Shown: positions 23,454-35,254 of the stretch, in pieces | Numbering within the stretch: position 1 is the first letter of the stretch | How the letters are laid out: every line of letters starts with the position of its first letter | NCBI GenBank assembly: GCA_038087875.1 | Contig: JAXLNO010000061.1 | Span: 124,001-188,000, forward strand | Direction: 5' to 3' | Length of the DNA: 64,000 bases | From: Malacoraja senta | Lineage: Eukaryota | Notes under the pieces: model-generated | The model's database searches: none | Seen by the model: the letters and a program-made list of their open reading frames with translations, nothing else | Told to the model about the DNA's origin: nothing | Program-made: the position numbers and the translations under genes

Positions 23454-24371
23454 TTCTGTCTGTCTGTCTGTCTGTCTTGTGGCTGCCAGCCTTTGATTCA
23501 TTGCTATGACAACACCACACGCAGAAACGCCGAGATTTTTTCCATTTTGGTTGAGATTCCACTTTTCATTCCAAGTAGCCACTCCTGATTAAATTTCGTC
23601 GTGTTTATGTACACATTTTAAATAAAATTTATCCCACCCTCAAAATTTCAAAATGTAAAAAAAAAACAGCTCTCACACATAGAATGTTGGTGAACGTTCA
23701 ATCGTGTGATGTCACAATGCCCAATGCTAACTGATGTCCAATCGGAATGGATCCATTTACATATGCCTTTGCAGCAGCCCCAGCCCTAGCCCCTCCCCCC
23801 AACCCACAGCCTGTGTCGAAGCGCGTCATCACGTGTGTTGGAATAGAGATAGAGGATTGGGGGTGATAGGGAATGGGGAACAGATCGACTCCCTCCACAC
23901 TCTTCCCCTCCCCCCCTACCCCCATCTCCCTCCACCCCTCCTCCACACCTCTCTCCCCTCCCCCATCCCTCTATCCCCCTCCCCATCCCTCTCTCCTCCC
24001 CCTCTCCATCTCCCTCTCCTCCCCCTCTCCTCTCCCTCCTCCTTCCACCCCTACCTCTCTCCCCCACCCCCTTCCCTCTCCCCCCTTTCCCCCCCCTCTC
24101 TGCCCACCCCCTCCCCCACCCCCTTGCCTCCACCACCCCTTTCCCTCTCTCGCCCACCACCTTCCCCCTCCCCACTTTTCCCCCTCCATCCACGCTCTTC
24201 CCCCTCTACCCCCTACCCCATCTCCCTCCTCGCCTCCCTCCCCCCTCCCCCACACCTCCCTCCCCCTCCCATCTCCCCTCCCCTCCCCACCCCTCTTTCC
24301 TCCCCCTCTCCATCTCCCTCTCCTCACCCCCCTCCCTCTTCTCCCCTCCTCCTCCCACCCCATCCCTCTCT
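23291..24371 (+). mobile_element. Non-autonomous Helitron, copy 2 (head-to-tail with copy 1, cut by CR1)
   Basis: Restarts TCTATATTTAAAACTC immediately after copy 1; 23470-23845 aligns with 21260-21640. Confidence 0.75.
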
Positions 24372-25289
24372 CCATATAACCATATAACAATTACAGCATG
24401 GAAACAGGCCATCTCGGCACTTTAAGTCCATGCTGAACACTTTTTCTCCCCTAGTCCCATCTACCTGCACTCAGACCATAACCCTCCATTCCTTTCTCGT
24501 CCATATACCCATCCAATCTATTTTTAAATGATAAAATCGAACCTGCCTCCACCACTTCCACTGGAAGCTCATTCCACACAGCTACCACTCTCTGAGTAAA
24601 GAAGTTCCCCCTACTGTTAACCCTAAACTTCTGTCCCTTAATTCTCAAGTCATGTCCTCTTGTTTGAATCTTCCCTACTCTCAATGGGAAAAGCTTATCC
24701 ACGTCAACTCTGTCTATCCCTCTCATCATTTTAAAGCCCTCTATCAAGTCCCCCCTTAACCTTCTGTGCTCCAAAGAATAAAGACCTAACTTGTTCAGCC
24801 TTTGTCTGTAATTTAGTTGCTGAAACCCAGGCAACATTCTCGTAAATCTCCTCTGTACTCTCTCTATTTTGTTGACATCCTTCCTATAATTAGGCAATCA
24901 AAATTGTAATCCATACTCCAGAATTGGCCTCACCAATGCCTTGTACAATTTTAACATTACATCCTAACTTCTCTACTCAATGCTCTGATTTATAAAGGCC
25001 AGCACACCAAAAGCTTTCTTTACCACCCTATCTACATGACATTCCACCTTCAGGGAACTATGCACAGTTATTCCTAGATCCCTCTGTTCAACTGCATTCC
25101 TCAATTCGCTACCATTTACCATGTACGTCCTATTTTGATTTGTCCTGCCAAGAAGTAGCACCTCACATTTATCAGCATTAAACTCCATCTGCCATCTTTC
25201 AGCCCACTCTTCCAAATGGCCTAAATCTCTCTGTAGACTTTGAAAATGTACTTCATTATCCACAACACCACCTATCTTAGTATCATCTG
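24372..25289 (-). mobile_element. CR1 3' part (runs into gap)
   Basis: DDTKIGG...KVECHVDRVVKKAFG, ORF2 C-terminus and (catataac)n tail. Confidence 0.9.
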
Positions 25290-25489
25290 NNNNNNNNNNN
25301 NNNNNNNNNNNNNNNNNNNNNNNNNNNNNNNNNNNNNNNNNNNNNNNNNNNNNNNNNNNNNNNNNNNNNNNNNNNNNNNNNNNNNNNNNNNNNNNNNNNN
25401 NNNNNNNNNNNNNNNNNNNNNNNNNNNNNNNNNNNNNNNNNNNNNNNNNNNNNNNNNNNNNNNNNNNNNNNNNNNNNNNNNNNNNNNNN
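25290..25489. other. Assembly gap (200 N)
   Basis: Run of N. Confidence 1.
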
Positions 25490-25603
25490 CAATTCACGCA
25501 GCGTCATTAACTACTTCTTCTAAAACATAATTACACATTTACTGAGGAATGTAGGATTGATGCATTAATGACACATTGAGAATTTCTTAAAACTCACCAT
25601 CAC

Positions 25604-26273
25604 CAGTGAAGAAAGCGAATGGTATGTTAGCTTTCATAGCAAAAGGATTTGAGTATAGGAGCAGGGAGGTTCTACTGCAGTTGTACAGGGTCTTGGTGAG
25701 ACCACACCTGGAGTATTGCGTACAGTTTTGGTCTCCAAATCTGAGGAAGGACATTATAGCCATAGAGGGAGTGCAGAGAAGGTTCACCAGACTGATTCCT
25801 GGGATGTCAGGACTTTCATATGAAGAAAGACTGGATAGACTTGGCTTATACTCGCTAGAATTTAGGAGATTGAGAGGGGATCTTATTGAAACGTACAAAA
25901 TACTTATGGGGTTGGACAGGCTAGATGCAGGAAGATTGTTCCCGATGTTGGGGAAGTCCAGGACAAGGGGTCACAGCTTAAGGATAAGGGGGAAATCCTT
26001 TAAAACCGAGATGAGGAAAAACTTTTTCACACAGAGAGTGGTGAATCTCTGGAACTCTCTGCCACAGAGGGTAGTTGAGGCCAGTTCATTGGCTATATTT
26101 AAGAGGGAGTTAGATGTGGCCCTTGTGGCTAAAGGGATCAGGGGGTATGGAGAGAAGGCAGGTACGGGATACTGAGTTGGATGATCAGCCATGATCATAT
26201 TGAATGGCGGTGCAGGCTCGAAGGGCCGAATGGCCTACTCCTGCACCTATTTTCTATGTATCTATGTATCTAT
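25604..26273 (+). mobile_element. Young CR1 3' fragment
   Basis: Uninterrupted 189-aa ORF2 C-terminus, 3'UTR and (tctatgta)n tail. Confidence 0.92.
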
Positions 26274-26528
26274 CATGAGTGAGAACTTCTTCTTGGTGAA
26301 ATTTTTGGTGTGCAGGTTAGTCATTCAATTTACCTACTGACCCACATTGTGTCTCTCCGTCTTTCGCTCTCACCCTCCCTCTCTCTCTCGCGCGCTCTCT
26401 CTCTCCCGTTTCCCACCTCTCTCTCTAGCTCTCTCGGCATTCCCAGAATCATTGACGTTTTGCGGTATAGAAAAATGCTGGAGAAACTTAGCGGGTGAGG
26501 CAGCATCTATGGAGCGAAGGAAATATGC

Positions 26529-26556
26529 AACGTTTCGGGTTGAAACCCTTCTTCAG
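26529..26556 (-). ncRNA. Hammerhead-ribozyme-like core in Penelope-terminus repeat
   Basis: CUGAAGA-A-GGGU-UUCA-ACCC-GAAAC-GUU. Confidence 0.45.
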
Positions 26557-26624
26557 GCTATTTCCTTCGCTCCATAGATGCTGCCTCAAGCCCTGTCCCA
26601 CTGTGCGAGTTCACCCAAGAGTTT

Positions 26625-27287
26625 AAAATCTCTGTGTTGCATCTCTGTCCCTATCTTCAAATTCCCACTGAAATAAAATACTATTTTCGACTTATACATT
26701 TCGCAGCAGGATCGCTATTAGTCGATTCCCACGCATTTCCAATCACGTTCGATTCAGTGTAATTATCACACCTGGTTGATGTAGGTTTTTTTAAAGATAC
26801 AGTACATTACAATAAATAGTTTCAAGCATACCCGGTACTAAATGCACGAACATTAAGGTGGTTACTGATGTTACAAACGGTTATAAATGAATATAATTTC
26901 AAAGTGAAATAGGAGATTTCCATGGAAAGAATATTTTACCAGAATATAAGGTGAGGTTGCTGCAAAATGCTCACTTAAAACAATACGCCGTCAACTCAGG
27001 ATTGTTTCTCAGCCCTCTGACAGGTGTTTCATCTCACCTCGTAGCTCGCTGTTAATCGATTCATAACTATTAATTTTCATTCCTGGTCTGTATCGAACTT
27101 CTCCAAATGCAAACGCTTCAAGTTACGCTTCTTGTGTGGTGGTAAAGCGGGGGGGGGGGGTCCTAGGATAAAATACCATATATTTGCATTTATATAGCGA
27201 TCCTGCTGCGAAATATTTGTCGAAAGTTGTATTTTATTTCAAAGTGGGAATTGGAAGATAGGGACAGAGATGCTACACAGAGATTTT
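26625..27287. mobile_element. MITE with ~95-bp imperfect TIRs
   Basis: aaaatctctgtgttgcatctctgtccctatcttc...gcagcaggatcgctat (26625-26719) is mirrored at about 27195-27287. Its left half recurs at 59612-59997 in reverse complement. Confidence 0.8.
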
Positions 27288-27986
27288 GATTGGAAGGAAA
27301 CATTACAGCAGCTGAGTAAAAGATTAGTCACATGGTAGGTTCAATGAAGATCGGGCGAGGGGGATTGAGGGGGGGGGGGGGAAGTATCTATAGCTTGGGA
27401 CTTGCCTAAATGAGTACTGAGATGGATTCCACACCAAATTTCTTAGACAATAATACATTTTATGCAATTATCACAACATTTTGTTGGATATGGATCAACC
27501 TATGGTACATGCTCGTAAATTAGTAAAACAAATGTTCTTCTTTAAGTACTGTTGTTTCGGGGATGGGGTGACTGATAACAAATAACCTACATTCTATATG
27601 TTGTCATAATGTGACATATTTTGTGATATTTATTGAGATGTAAAGATACAACTGAGTTTGGGCAAGATATTACCTTGCAACATTCTGTATGTCTGATACA
27701 TATTGTGAAATGGAACTCAGAAATTATGGGAGGATTACATAAAACTACAATTCAAAGATAATGAATATATAGAGTATTCTTATTTCCATCATGAACATAC
27801 AATAGTGATATAGGACACCAGGTCCCACTACGGTAAACTCACGAGCTACTACGGTATGACTACGTGTTAAAAAGTATCAAATTTTTACATCCTGAGTATA
27901 TTTTACCTGTGGACATTTTTCAACATGTTGAAAAATCTTCGCGAGTTACCACGTTTCCCGAGTACCTGCGTTTAGCGCTAAGAAAT

Positions 27987-28383
27987 GGCATGTTGGCCTT
28001 TATAACAAGAGGTATCGAATATAGGAGCAAAGAGGTCCTTCTGCAGTTGTACAGAGTTCTAGTGAGACCGCACCTGGAGTATTGTGTGCAGTTTTGGTCC
28101 CCTAATTTCAGGAAGGACATTCTTGCAGGGAGTGCAGCGTAGGTTTACAAGGTTAATTCCCGGGATGGCGGGACTGTCATATGCTGAGAGAATGGAGCAG
28201 CTGGGCTTGTACACTCTGAAGTTTAGAAGGATGAGAGGGCATCTCATTGAAACATATAAGATTTGTTAAGGGCTTGGACATGCTAGAGGCAGGAAACATG
28301 TTCCCGATGTTGGGGAGTCCAGAACTAGGGGCCACAGTTTAAGAATAAGGGGTAAGCCATTTGGAACAGAGACGAGGAAACCA
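27987..28383 (+). mobile_element. CR1 3' fragment inside shared cargo
   Basis: GMLAFITRGIEYRSKEV...; same junction (gaaatg|gcatg) as 56843-57482(-). Confidence 0.88.
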
Positions 28384-30868
28384 TTTGCCAGTAATATGTA
28401 CAGTACATGTACACTGTAATTACTAAGAAATGCACATTTTTTCCAGAAAAATTTTAATTGTACCCTTGTTTCCATATGTATTTTTTGAAAATTTTATTTA
28501 TTCGTTATGAAAATTAAATGATAGCATTATAGTTGTGGGTGGGCCCCCTTTGTCTCCTGGCAACCAATATTTTTAGACCCAGTCCGCCACTGACTGCCTG
28601 GTCCTGGTACCCACAACACCAGAGAGCTTTTGAAATCCTCAAATTCCAATTGTCCAGTGCTCCAACCCTCACCTACTTTGCTTTGAAGTTACCGGTGACG
28701 CTCACATGATGCATCCCAATATGGACTTGGTGCTTCTTGCCTTCAGACTTCCACCGAAGGAGGCTGCAGACCTATTGCTTACGTCTCCCGCACCCTGTCT
28801 GAGACTGAACAACTTTATGCCCAGATCGAAAAGGAATTACTAGCCGTGATTTTTGCCTGCACGAAATTCAAAGACTTTATTTTTGCAAATTCCGTGACTT
28901 GTAAAACAGACCACCAGCAGATACTGAACAAACCCATTCTGAACAAACCCATTCATGCTCACCTGCAACGGATGATGATGCAGCTGCAGTGTTTCGATTT
29001 CACCATAGTCTACAAAAAGGGCAAGGACATGCACCTAGCTGACACGCAATCAAGAGCCCCATGTAAAACCTGCGAACAACAGCCGTCAGATCAAGACCAG
29101 TTCACAGTAATGATGGCGTTGTATGTACCGACTGAATGTCTAAGCAGCCTAGCAAGGCACACGGCTGCAGATCAGAATCAGAATCAGAATCACACTTTAT
29201 TCGCCAAGTATGTTTTGCAACATACGAGGAATTTCACTGGCCAGGTCAGTCATACAATTAAAAACAACACTCAAAAACACATTTTAACATGAACAACCAC
29301 CACAGTGACTCCTACAAACTCTACAACTACTGTCCTCACTCATCCGGCGTGGCTGGCCGGATAAACAACACAGTGCCCCACTTGCGCTTCGCCCATACTA
29401 CCTAGTTCGCGACTAACTGGTGCTGCAGAACGGGGTCATAATCAAAGGTCACAAAGCAGTCATTCCAGCTGTTCTACAGGACAAGTACTTTGATGCCGTC
29501 CACAGGGGCCACCCCGGTGTGGAACCGCCCATACGAGCAAAGAGCATGTTTTACTGGCCCGGTATGACCGAGTATATACGCAAAAGTGTTGAAGCCTGCG
29601 CTGTCTGCAACAGACTAACACCACATCAACAGAAGCAGCGTTGCTCTCACACCCTGTTCCTCCTCTGCCATGGTCCACAGTCTCTACCGACATATTCGAG
29701 TGGCGTGGAAAACTCTATCTGGTTCTCGTTGACTCTTATTCGGGTTGGTTCGAAATTGACCTACTCCAAACCATCACATCCGATACAGTCATCTAAAAGC
29801 TGTCACGCCACTTCTCCGTACACGGCACTCCTGTCTGATAACGGCAGTCAGTTCACCAGCCAGTGTTTCAAAAACTTTGCTCAACGATAGGATTTGCACC
29901 ATGTCACCAGCAGTCCTGAATTTCCACGGTCCAACGAACTCACAGAACGGGCGGTCCGTAGCGCCAAACAATTAATGGAGCGCGCACACATTGCTAAATC
30001 CGATGTGTTCTTGGACCTGCTCAACTTAAGGAACATTGCCCGTGACCCAATACTGGGGTCTCCAGCCCAATGCCTGATGTCTCGGCAGACCTGTGCTGCC
30101 CTGCCCATGCCCCAGCAGCTGCTGCAGCCACAGGTCCGTTCACCTCCTGTTGTCCAGAAACAACTCCAACTGAAACACAATGCCCAGAAGCAATTTTTCG
30201 ACAGGTCCAGCAAACCACTTAAACCTCTCTCCAGTGGGCAAGTTGTTCGCCTTCAGACCGTCAAGGGCTATGGCCGTTTGGGTCACATCCACGGCCCTGC
30301 AAAAGAGCTGCGCTCGTACCTGGTAAGCGCCGATGGAGGAATTTAGACGCCACCGTCAACATCTCCTTCCTGTGAAGGATCCACGTCCTGCGGTCTCGTA
30401 TCCAGAAGCCACGCGTCCGATCTACCCTTCTACTGTCGGACTGTCTCTTCCCACATGCTCTGCTGCCGCAAACCAACCATTGGGTATGCCCCCTATGCCC
30501 TCACCACAACTTTCGGTGCCCCACTCACCGGCTTCACCGTGTTCACCCCCCGGGTCTCCAGTGCTCTCCCTGCATGGGTCCCCGGTTACTTCCCCGATGA
30601 AGGGAAGAGACGCGGATCTATACCGCATGTGCGCAGGACGGGTTAGTAGGCCATCCCTTAGGTATGGGGATTTTGTTTAAACCATCTGTACGTCCCTGTA
30701 TGCGCCATTAGCGTTTTGGCTACTGTATTATTCAGTCATCACTTAGTAATGTGTTTATTCTTATAGGTCACCTAGATTTAGATGCGTTTCACATTTATTT
30801 CTACAAGGAAAGATGTAGATTGGTTACTTCACTTACTAACCAATGTAGTGCTTTATTATTAGAAGCTC

Positions 30869-33800
30869 CATATAACCATATAACCATTACAGCACGGAAA
30901 CAGGCCGTCTCGGCCCTTCGTCCGTGCCGAACATTGGGTTTTTTTGGGTTGGGGGGTTCCTTCTTCCTTCCCCCTAGTCCCATCCACCTACACTCAGACC
31001 ATATCCCTCCATTCCTTTCCCGTTCATATACCCATCCAATCTATTTTTAAAGGATAAAATCGAACCTGCCTCCACCACTTCCACTGGAAGCTCATTCCAC
31101 ACAGCTACCACTCTCTGAGTAAAGAAGTTCTCCCTAATGTTACCCCTAAACTTCTGTCCCTTAATTCTCAAGTCATGTCCCCTTCTTTGAATCTTCCCTA
31201 CTCTCAATGGAAAAAGCTTATCCACGTCAACTCTGTCTATTCTTCTCATCATTTTAAAGACCTCTATCAAGTCCCCCCTTAACCTTCTGCGCTCCAAAGA
31301 ATAAAGACCTAACTTGTTCAACCTTTCTCTGTAACTTAGTTGCTGAAAGCCAGGCAACATTCTAGTAAATCTCCTCTGAACTCTCTCTATTTTGTTGACA
31401 TCCTTCCTATAATTAGGCGACCAAAATTGTACTCCATACTCCAGAATTGGCCTCACCAATGCCTTGTACAATTTTAACATTACATCCCAACTTCTATATT
31501 CAATGCTCTGATTTATAAAGGCCAGCACACCAAAGGCTTTCTTTACCACCCTCTCTGCATGAGATTCCACCTTCAGGGAACTATGCACAGTTATTCCTAG
31601 ATCCCTCTGTTCAAATGCATTCCTCAATTCGCTACCATTTAGCATGTACGTCCTATTTTGACTTGTCCTGCCGAGATGTAGCACCTCACATTTATCAGCA
31701 TTAAACTCATCTGCCATCTTTCAGCCCACTCTTCCAAATGGCCTAAATCTCTCTGTAGACTTTGAAAATCTACTTAATTATCTACTACTTAATCTACAAC
31801 ACCATCTATTTTAGTATCATCTGCATACTTACTAATCCAATTTTCCACACCATCATCCAGATCATTGATGTACATGACAAACAACAGTGGACCTAACAGA
31901 GACCCCTGAGGCACCCCACTAGTCACCGCCCTCCTACCTGACAAACAGCCATCCACCATTACTCTCTGGCACCTCCCATTCAGCCACTGTTGAATCCATC
32001 TTGCTACTCCACAATTAATACCCAACAATTGAATCTTCTTAACCAACCTTTCATGAGGAACCTTGTCAAAGGCCTTACTGAAGTCCATATAGACAACATC
32101 CACTGCTTTACCCTCATCAATTTCCCTAGTAACCTCTTCGAAAAATTCAAGATTAGTCAAACATGACCTTCCAGGCACAAATCCATGTTGACTGTTCCTA
32201 ATCAGACCGTGCTTATCCAGATGCTTATATATATTATCTCTAAGTATCCTTTCCATTAATTTGCCCACCACTGACGTCAAACTAACAGGTCTATAATTGC
32301 TAGGTTTACTCTTAGAACCCTTTTTAAACAACGGAACAACATGCGCAATACGCCAATCCTCCGGCACTATTCCCGTTTCTAATGACATTTGAAATATTTC
32401 TGTCATAGCCCCTGCTATTTCTACACTAACCTCCCTCAATGTCCTAGGAATACCCTGTCAGGACCTGGAGACTTATCCATTTTCATATTTTTTCAAAAGC
32501 GTCAGTACTTCCTCTTCTTTGAATCCCATAGTTTCCATTGCTACTCTGCTTGTTTCCCTTACCTCACATAATTCCATATCCTTCTCCTTGGTGAATACCG
32601 AAGAAAATAAATTGTTCCATATCTCCCCCATCTCATTTGGCTCTGCAGATAGCTGTCCACTCTGACTCTCTAATGGACCAATTTTATTCCTTGTTATCCT
32701 TTTGCTATTAATATAGCTGTAGAAACCCTTTGGATTTACTTTCACCTTACTTGCCAAAGCAACCTCATATCTTCTTTTAGCTTTTCTAATTTCTTTCTTA
32801 ATATTCTTTTTACATTCTTTATACTCCTCAAGCATCTCATTTACTCCATGCTGCCTATAATTATTGTAGATATCTCTCTTTTTCCAAAACAAGTGTCCAA
32901 TTTCCCTTGAAAACCATGGCTCTTTCCAATTTTTACTATTTCCTTTCAACCGAACATGGACATAAAGATTTTGTACTCTTAAAATTTCACCTTTAAATGT
33001 CCTCCATTTCTCTTCTACATCCTTCCAGCACTGCCCCTTTTCTAGTCGGTACCTCTATGTATTGATGCAAAAAACTATCCTGCACACATTTTACAAACTC
33101 CAAACCATCCAGTCCTTTTACAGGTACACAAAAATGCTGGAGAAACTCAGCGGGTGCAGCAGCATCTATGGAGCGAAGGAAATAGGCAATGTTTCGGGCC
33201 GAAACCCTTCTTCAGACTGATAGGGGGTGGGGAGAAGAAAGGAAAAAAGGAAAAAGGCGGAGGAGGAGCCCGAGGGCTGGGGGAGGGGAGGAGACAACCA
33301 GATGGCTGATGAAGGGGAGGGGACAGCAAGGGCTAGCAGAATTGGGAGAATTCAATGTTCAAGCCCCCAGGATGTAGACTGCCCAAGCGGAATATGAGGT
33401 GCATTTCCTCCAATTTACGGTGTTGCTCGCTGTGGCCATGGAGGAGACCCAGGACAGAGAGGTCAGATACGGATTGGGAGGGGGAGTTGAAGTGCTGAGC
33501 CACCGGGAGGTCAGGTTGGTTATTGCGGACCGACCGGAGGTGTTCGGCGAAACGATCGCCAAGCCTCCGCTTGGTCTCACCGATGTAGATCAGCTGGCAT
33601 CTAGAGCAGCGGATGCAATAGATGAGGTTGGAGGAGATGCAGGTGAACCTCTGTCGCACCTGGAACGACTGCTTGGGTCCCTGAATGGAGTAGAGGGGGG
33701 AGGTGAAAGGACAAGTGTTGCATTTCTTGCGGTTGCAAGGGAAAGTACCAGGGGAGGGGGTGGTATGGGAGGGAAGGGAAGGGAAGAATTGACAAGGGAG

Positions 33801-34652
33801 TTACGGAGGGAGCGGTCTTTGTGGAAGGCAGACATGGGGGGAGATGGGAAGATGTGGCGAGTGGTGGGGTCACATTGGAGGTGGCGAAACTGACGGAGGA
33901 TCACTTGTTGTATGTGACGGCTGGTGGGGTGAAAGGTGAGGACTAGGGGGACTCTGCCCTTGTTGTGAGTGGGGGGATGGGGAGAGAGAGCAGTGTTGCG
34001 GGGTATGGCAGAGACCCTGGTGCGAGCCTCATCTGTGGTGGAGGAATGAACCCCCGTTCTCCTCCTCCAGTCCTTTTACAGAATGTGTTTTCCAGTCTAT
34101 GTGTGGAAAATTGAAATCTCCCACAATCACTACCTGTGCTTACTACTAATATCTGCTATCTGCTTACATATTTGCTCTTCCAATTCTCGCTCCCCATTTG
34201 GCGGTCTATAATACACCCCTATAAGTGTTGCTACACCTTTCCCATTTCTCAGTTCCACCCAAATAGCCTCCATAGACGAGCCCTCTAATCTATCCTGCCA
34301 AAGCACTGCTGTAATATCTTCCTTGACAAGCAATGTAACACCCCCACCTCTTGTCCCTCCAATTCTACCACCCCTGAAGCAACGAAATCCTGGAATATTT
34401 AGTTTCCAATCACAGCCATCCTGCAACCATGTTTCACTGATCGCCACAACATCATACTTCCAGGTGTCAATCCAGGCTCTAAGCTCATCCACCTTTCTTA
34501 CAATACTCCTAGCATTAAAATATACACATTTAAGAAACCCACCGCCACTTATTCTCTGTTTATTATCTTTTTCTTCTTTCTCCCCTACATTTTGGGTCCG
34601 AGTGCTTCCCTTCTCTGCCTCCTGCCTCCCACATTTTCTACTAGCTTTCTCT
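30869..34652 (-). mobile_element. CR1 ORF2 (endonuclease-RT-C-terminus), 5'-truncated, inserted in the Gypsy 3' LTR
   Basis: ORFs 34130-34492 (AISETWL), 32473-32949, 31789-32439 (QHGFVPGRSCLTN, YADD) and 30974-31717; (catataac)n tail at 30869. Confidence 0.93.
33124..34065 (-). mobile_element. Penelope-like element 3' fragment with GIY-YIG endonuclease
   Basis: ORF 33333-33659 FTCISSNLIYCIRCSRCQLIYIGETKRRLGDRFAEH...GLNIEF. Flanked by a perfect 16-bp direct repeat tccagtccttttacag (33108-33123, 34066-34081). Confidence 0.92.
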
Positions 34653-35254
34653 AGCTTCGCCTACTACACTGCTCATATTATCGCTACCCAACTCGTGCTG
34701 GCAGTCTACGCTGCTACACAGCTGAAGCAACATGCTGTATTATAAGTGCCTTTCAACCATGTTAGTGAGTATGACTGGGTCATTTGACACTTCGCAAACT
34801 GGAACACCTCACATCTTTCTGTATTAAATTCCATCAAACATTCCTCAGCCCACTTACCCAACTGATCAAGACCCTGCTGCAAATTTTGACACCTATCTTC
34901 ACTGTCTACAATACCACCCACTTCAATGTCATCTGCAAACTTTCTAATCATACCTTGTATGTTCTCATCCCAATTATTGATGTAGGTGACAAACAGCAAT
35001 GGGCCCAGCTCCGAACCCTGAGGCAATCACTAATCACAGGCCTCCAGTCCAAAAAACAACCTTCCACCATCATCCTCTGCTTCCTTCCATGAAGCCAATT
35101 TTTTATCCATTCCACTATATTCTTGGATCCCGTGTGATATAACCTTCCAGGGCAGCCGACCATGCAGAACCTTACCAAATGCTTTGCTGAAACTGGGGTG
35201 GCACGGTGGTGAGTCGGTAGAGTTGTTGCTTTCTGGCGCTTGAGACCCTGGTTC

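Larger units (their letters stand above)
21127..28592. mobile_element. Non-autonomous hAT-type DNA transposon A (7466 bp including nested elements and gap)
   Basis: Perfect 14-bp TIRs cagtggcggactgg (21127-21140) / ccagtccgccactg (28579-28592). Perfect 8-bp TSD actgcctg (21119-21126, 28593-28600). Removal restores the Gypsy RT frame (HRDTAWSWYPQHQRAF). No transposase seen. Confidence 0.93.
18655..34789 (+). mobile_element. Ty3/Gypsy LTR retrotransposon (Mag-like, K02A2.6-like polyprotein), degenerate, with nested insertions
   Basis: TG...CA LTRs; PBS; gag with two Cys/His knuckles (19127-19777); protease DTGA (~19947); RT (MPFG, IVDD); RNase H (YAQIEKELLAV); integrase (HRGHPG...CAVC, SDNGSQF, ERAVRSAK); PPT; 5-bp TSD cttcc 18650-18654 / cttcg 34790-34794. 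Confidence 0.93.
30814..34789 (+). repeat. Gypsy 3' LTR split by a CR1 insertion (30814-30868 and 34653-34789)
   Basis: Preceded by the polypurine tract aaggaaaga (30805-30813). Both halves align to the 5' LTR; agct is duplicated at the break. Confidence 0.9.

Noticed and set aside
21504..24412. Long Pro/Ser/Leu-rich and Gly/Arg/Glu-rich ORFs
   Set aside because: By-products of C-rich low-complexity tracts and microsatellites within the Helitron copies; open in many frames.
24973..25530. ORFs spanning N runs (also 62614-63132)
   Set aside because: Artefacts of assembly gaps.
27290..27820. Possible transposase remnant inside the hAT/Harbinger cargo
   Set aside because: No sustained ORF or DDE motif recognisable by eye; a translated HMM search would be needed.
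35194..35254. tRNA gene-like sequence (also at 46631 and 46440-46515)
   Set aside because: SINE heads continuing into SINE body and tail; no complete cloverleaf.
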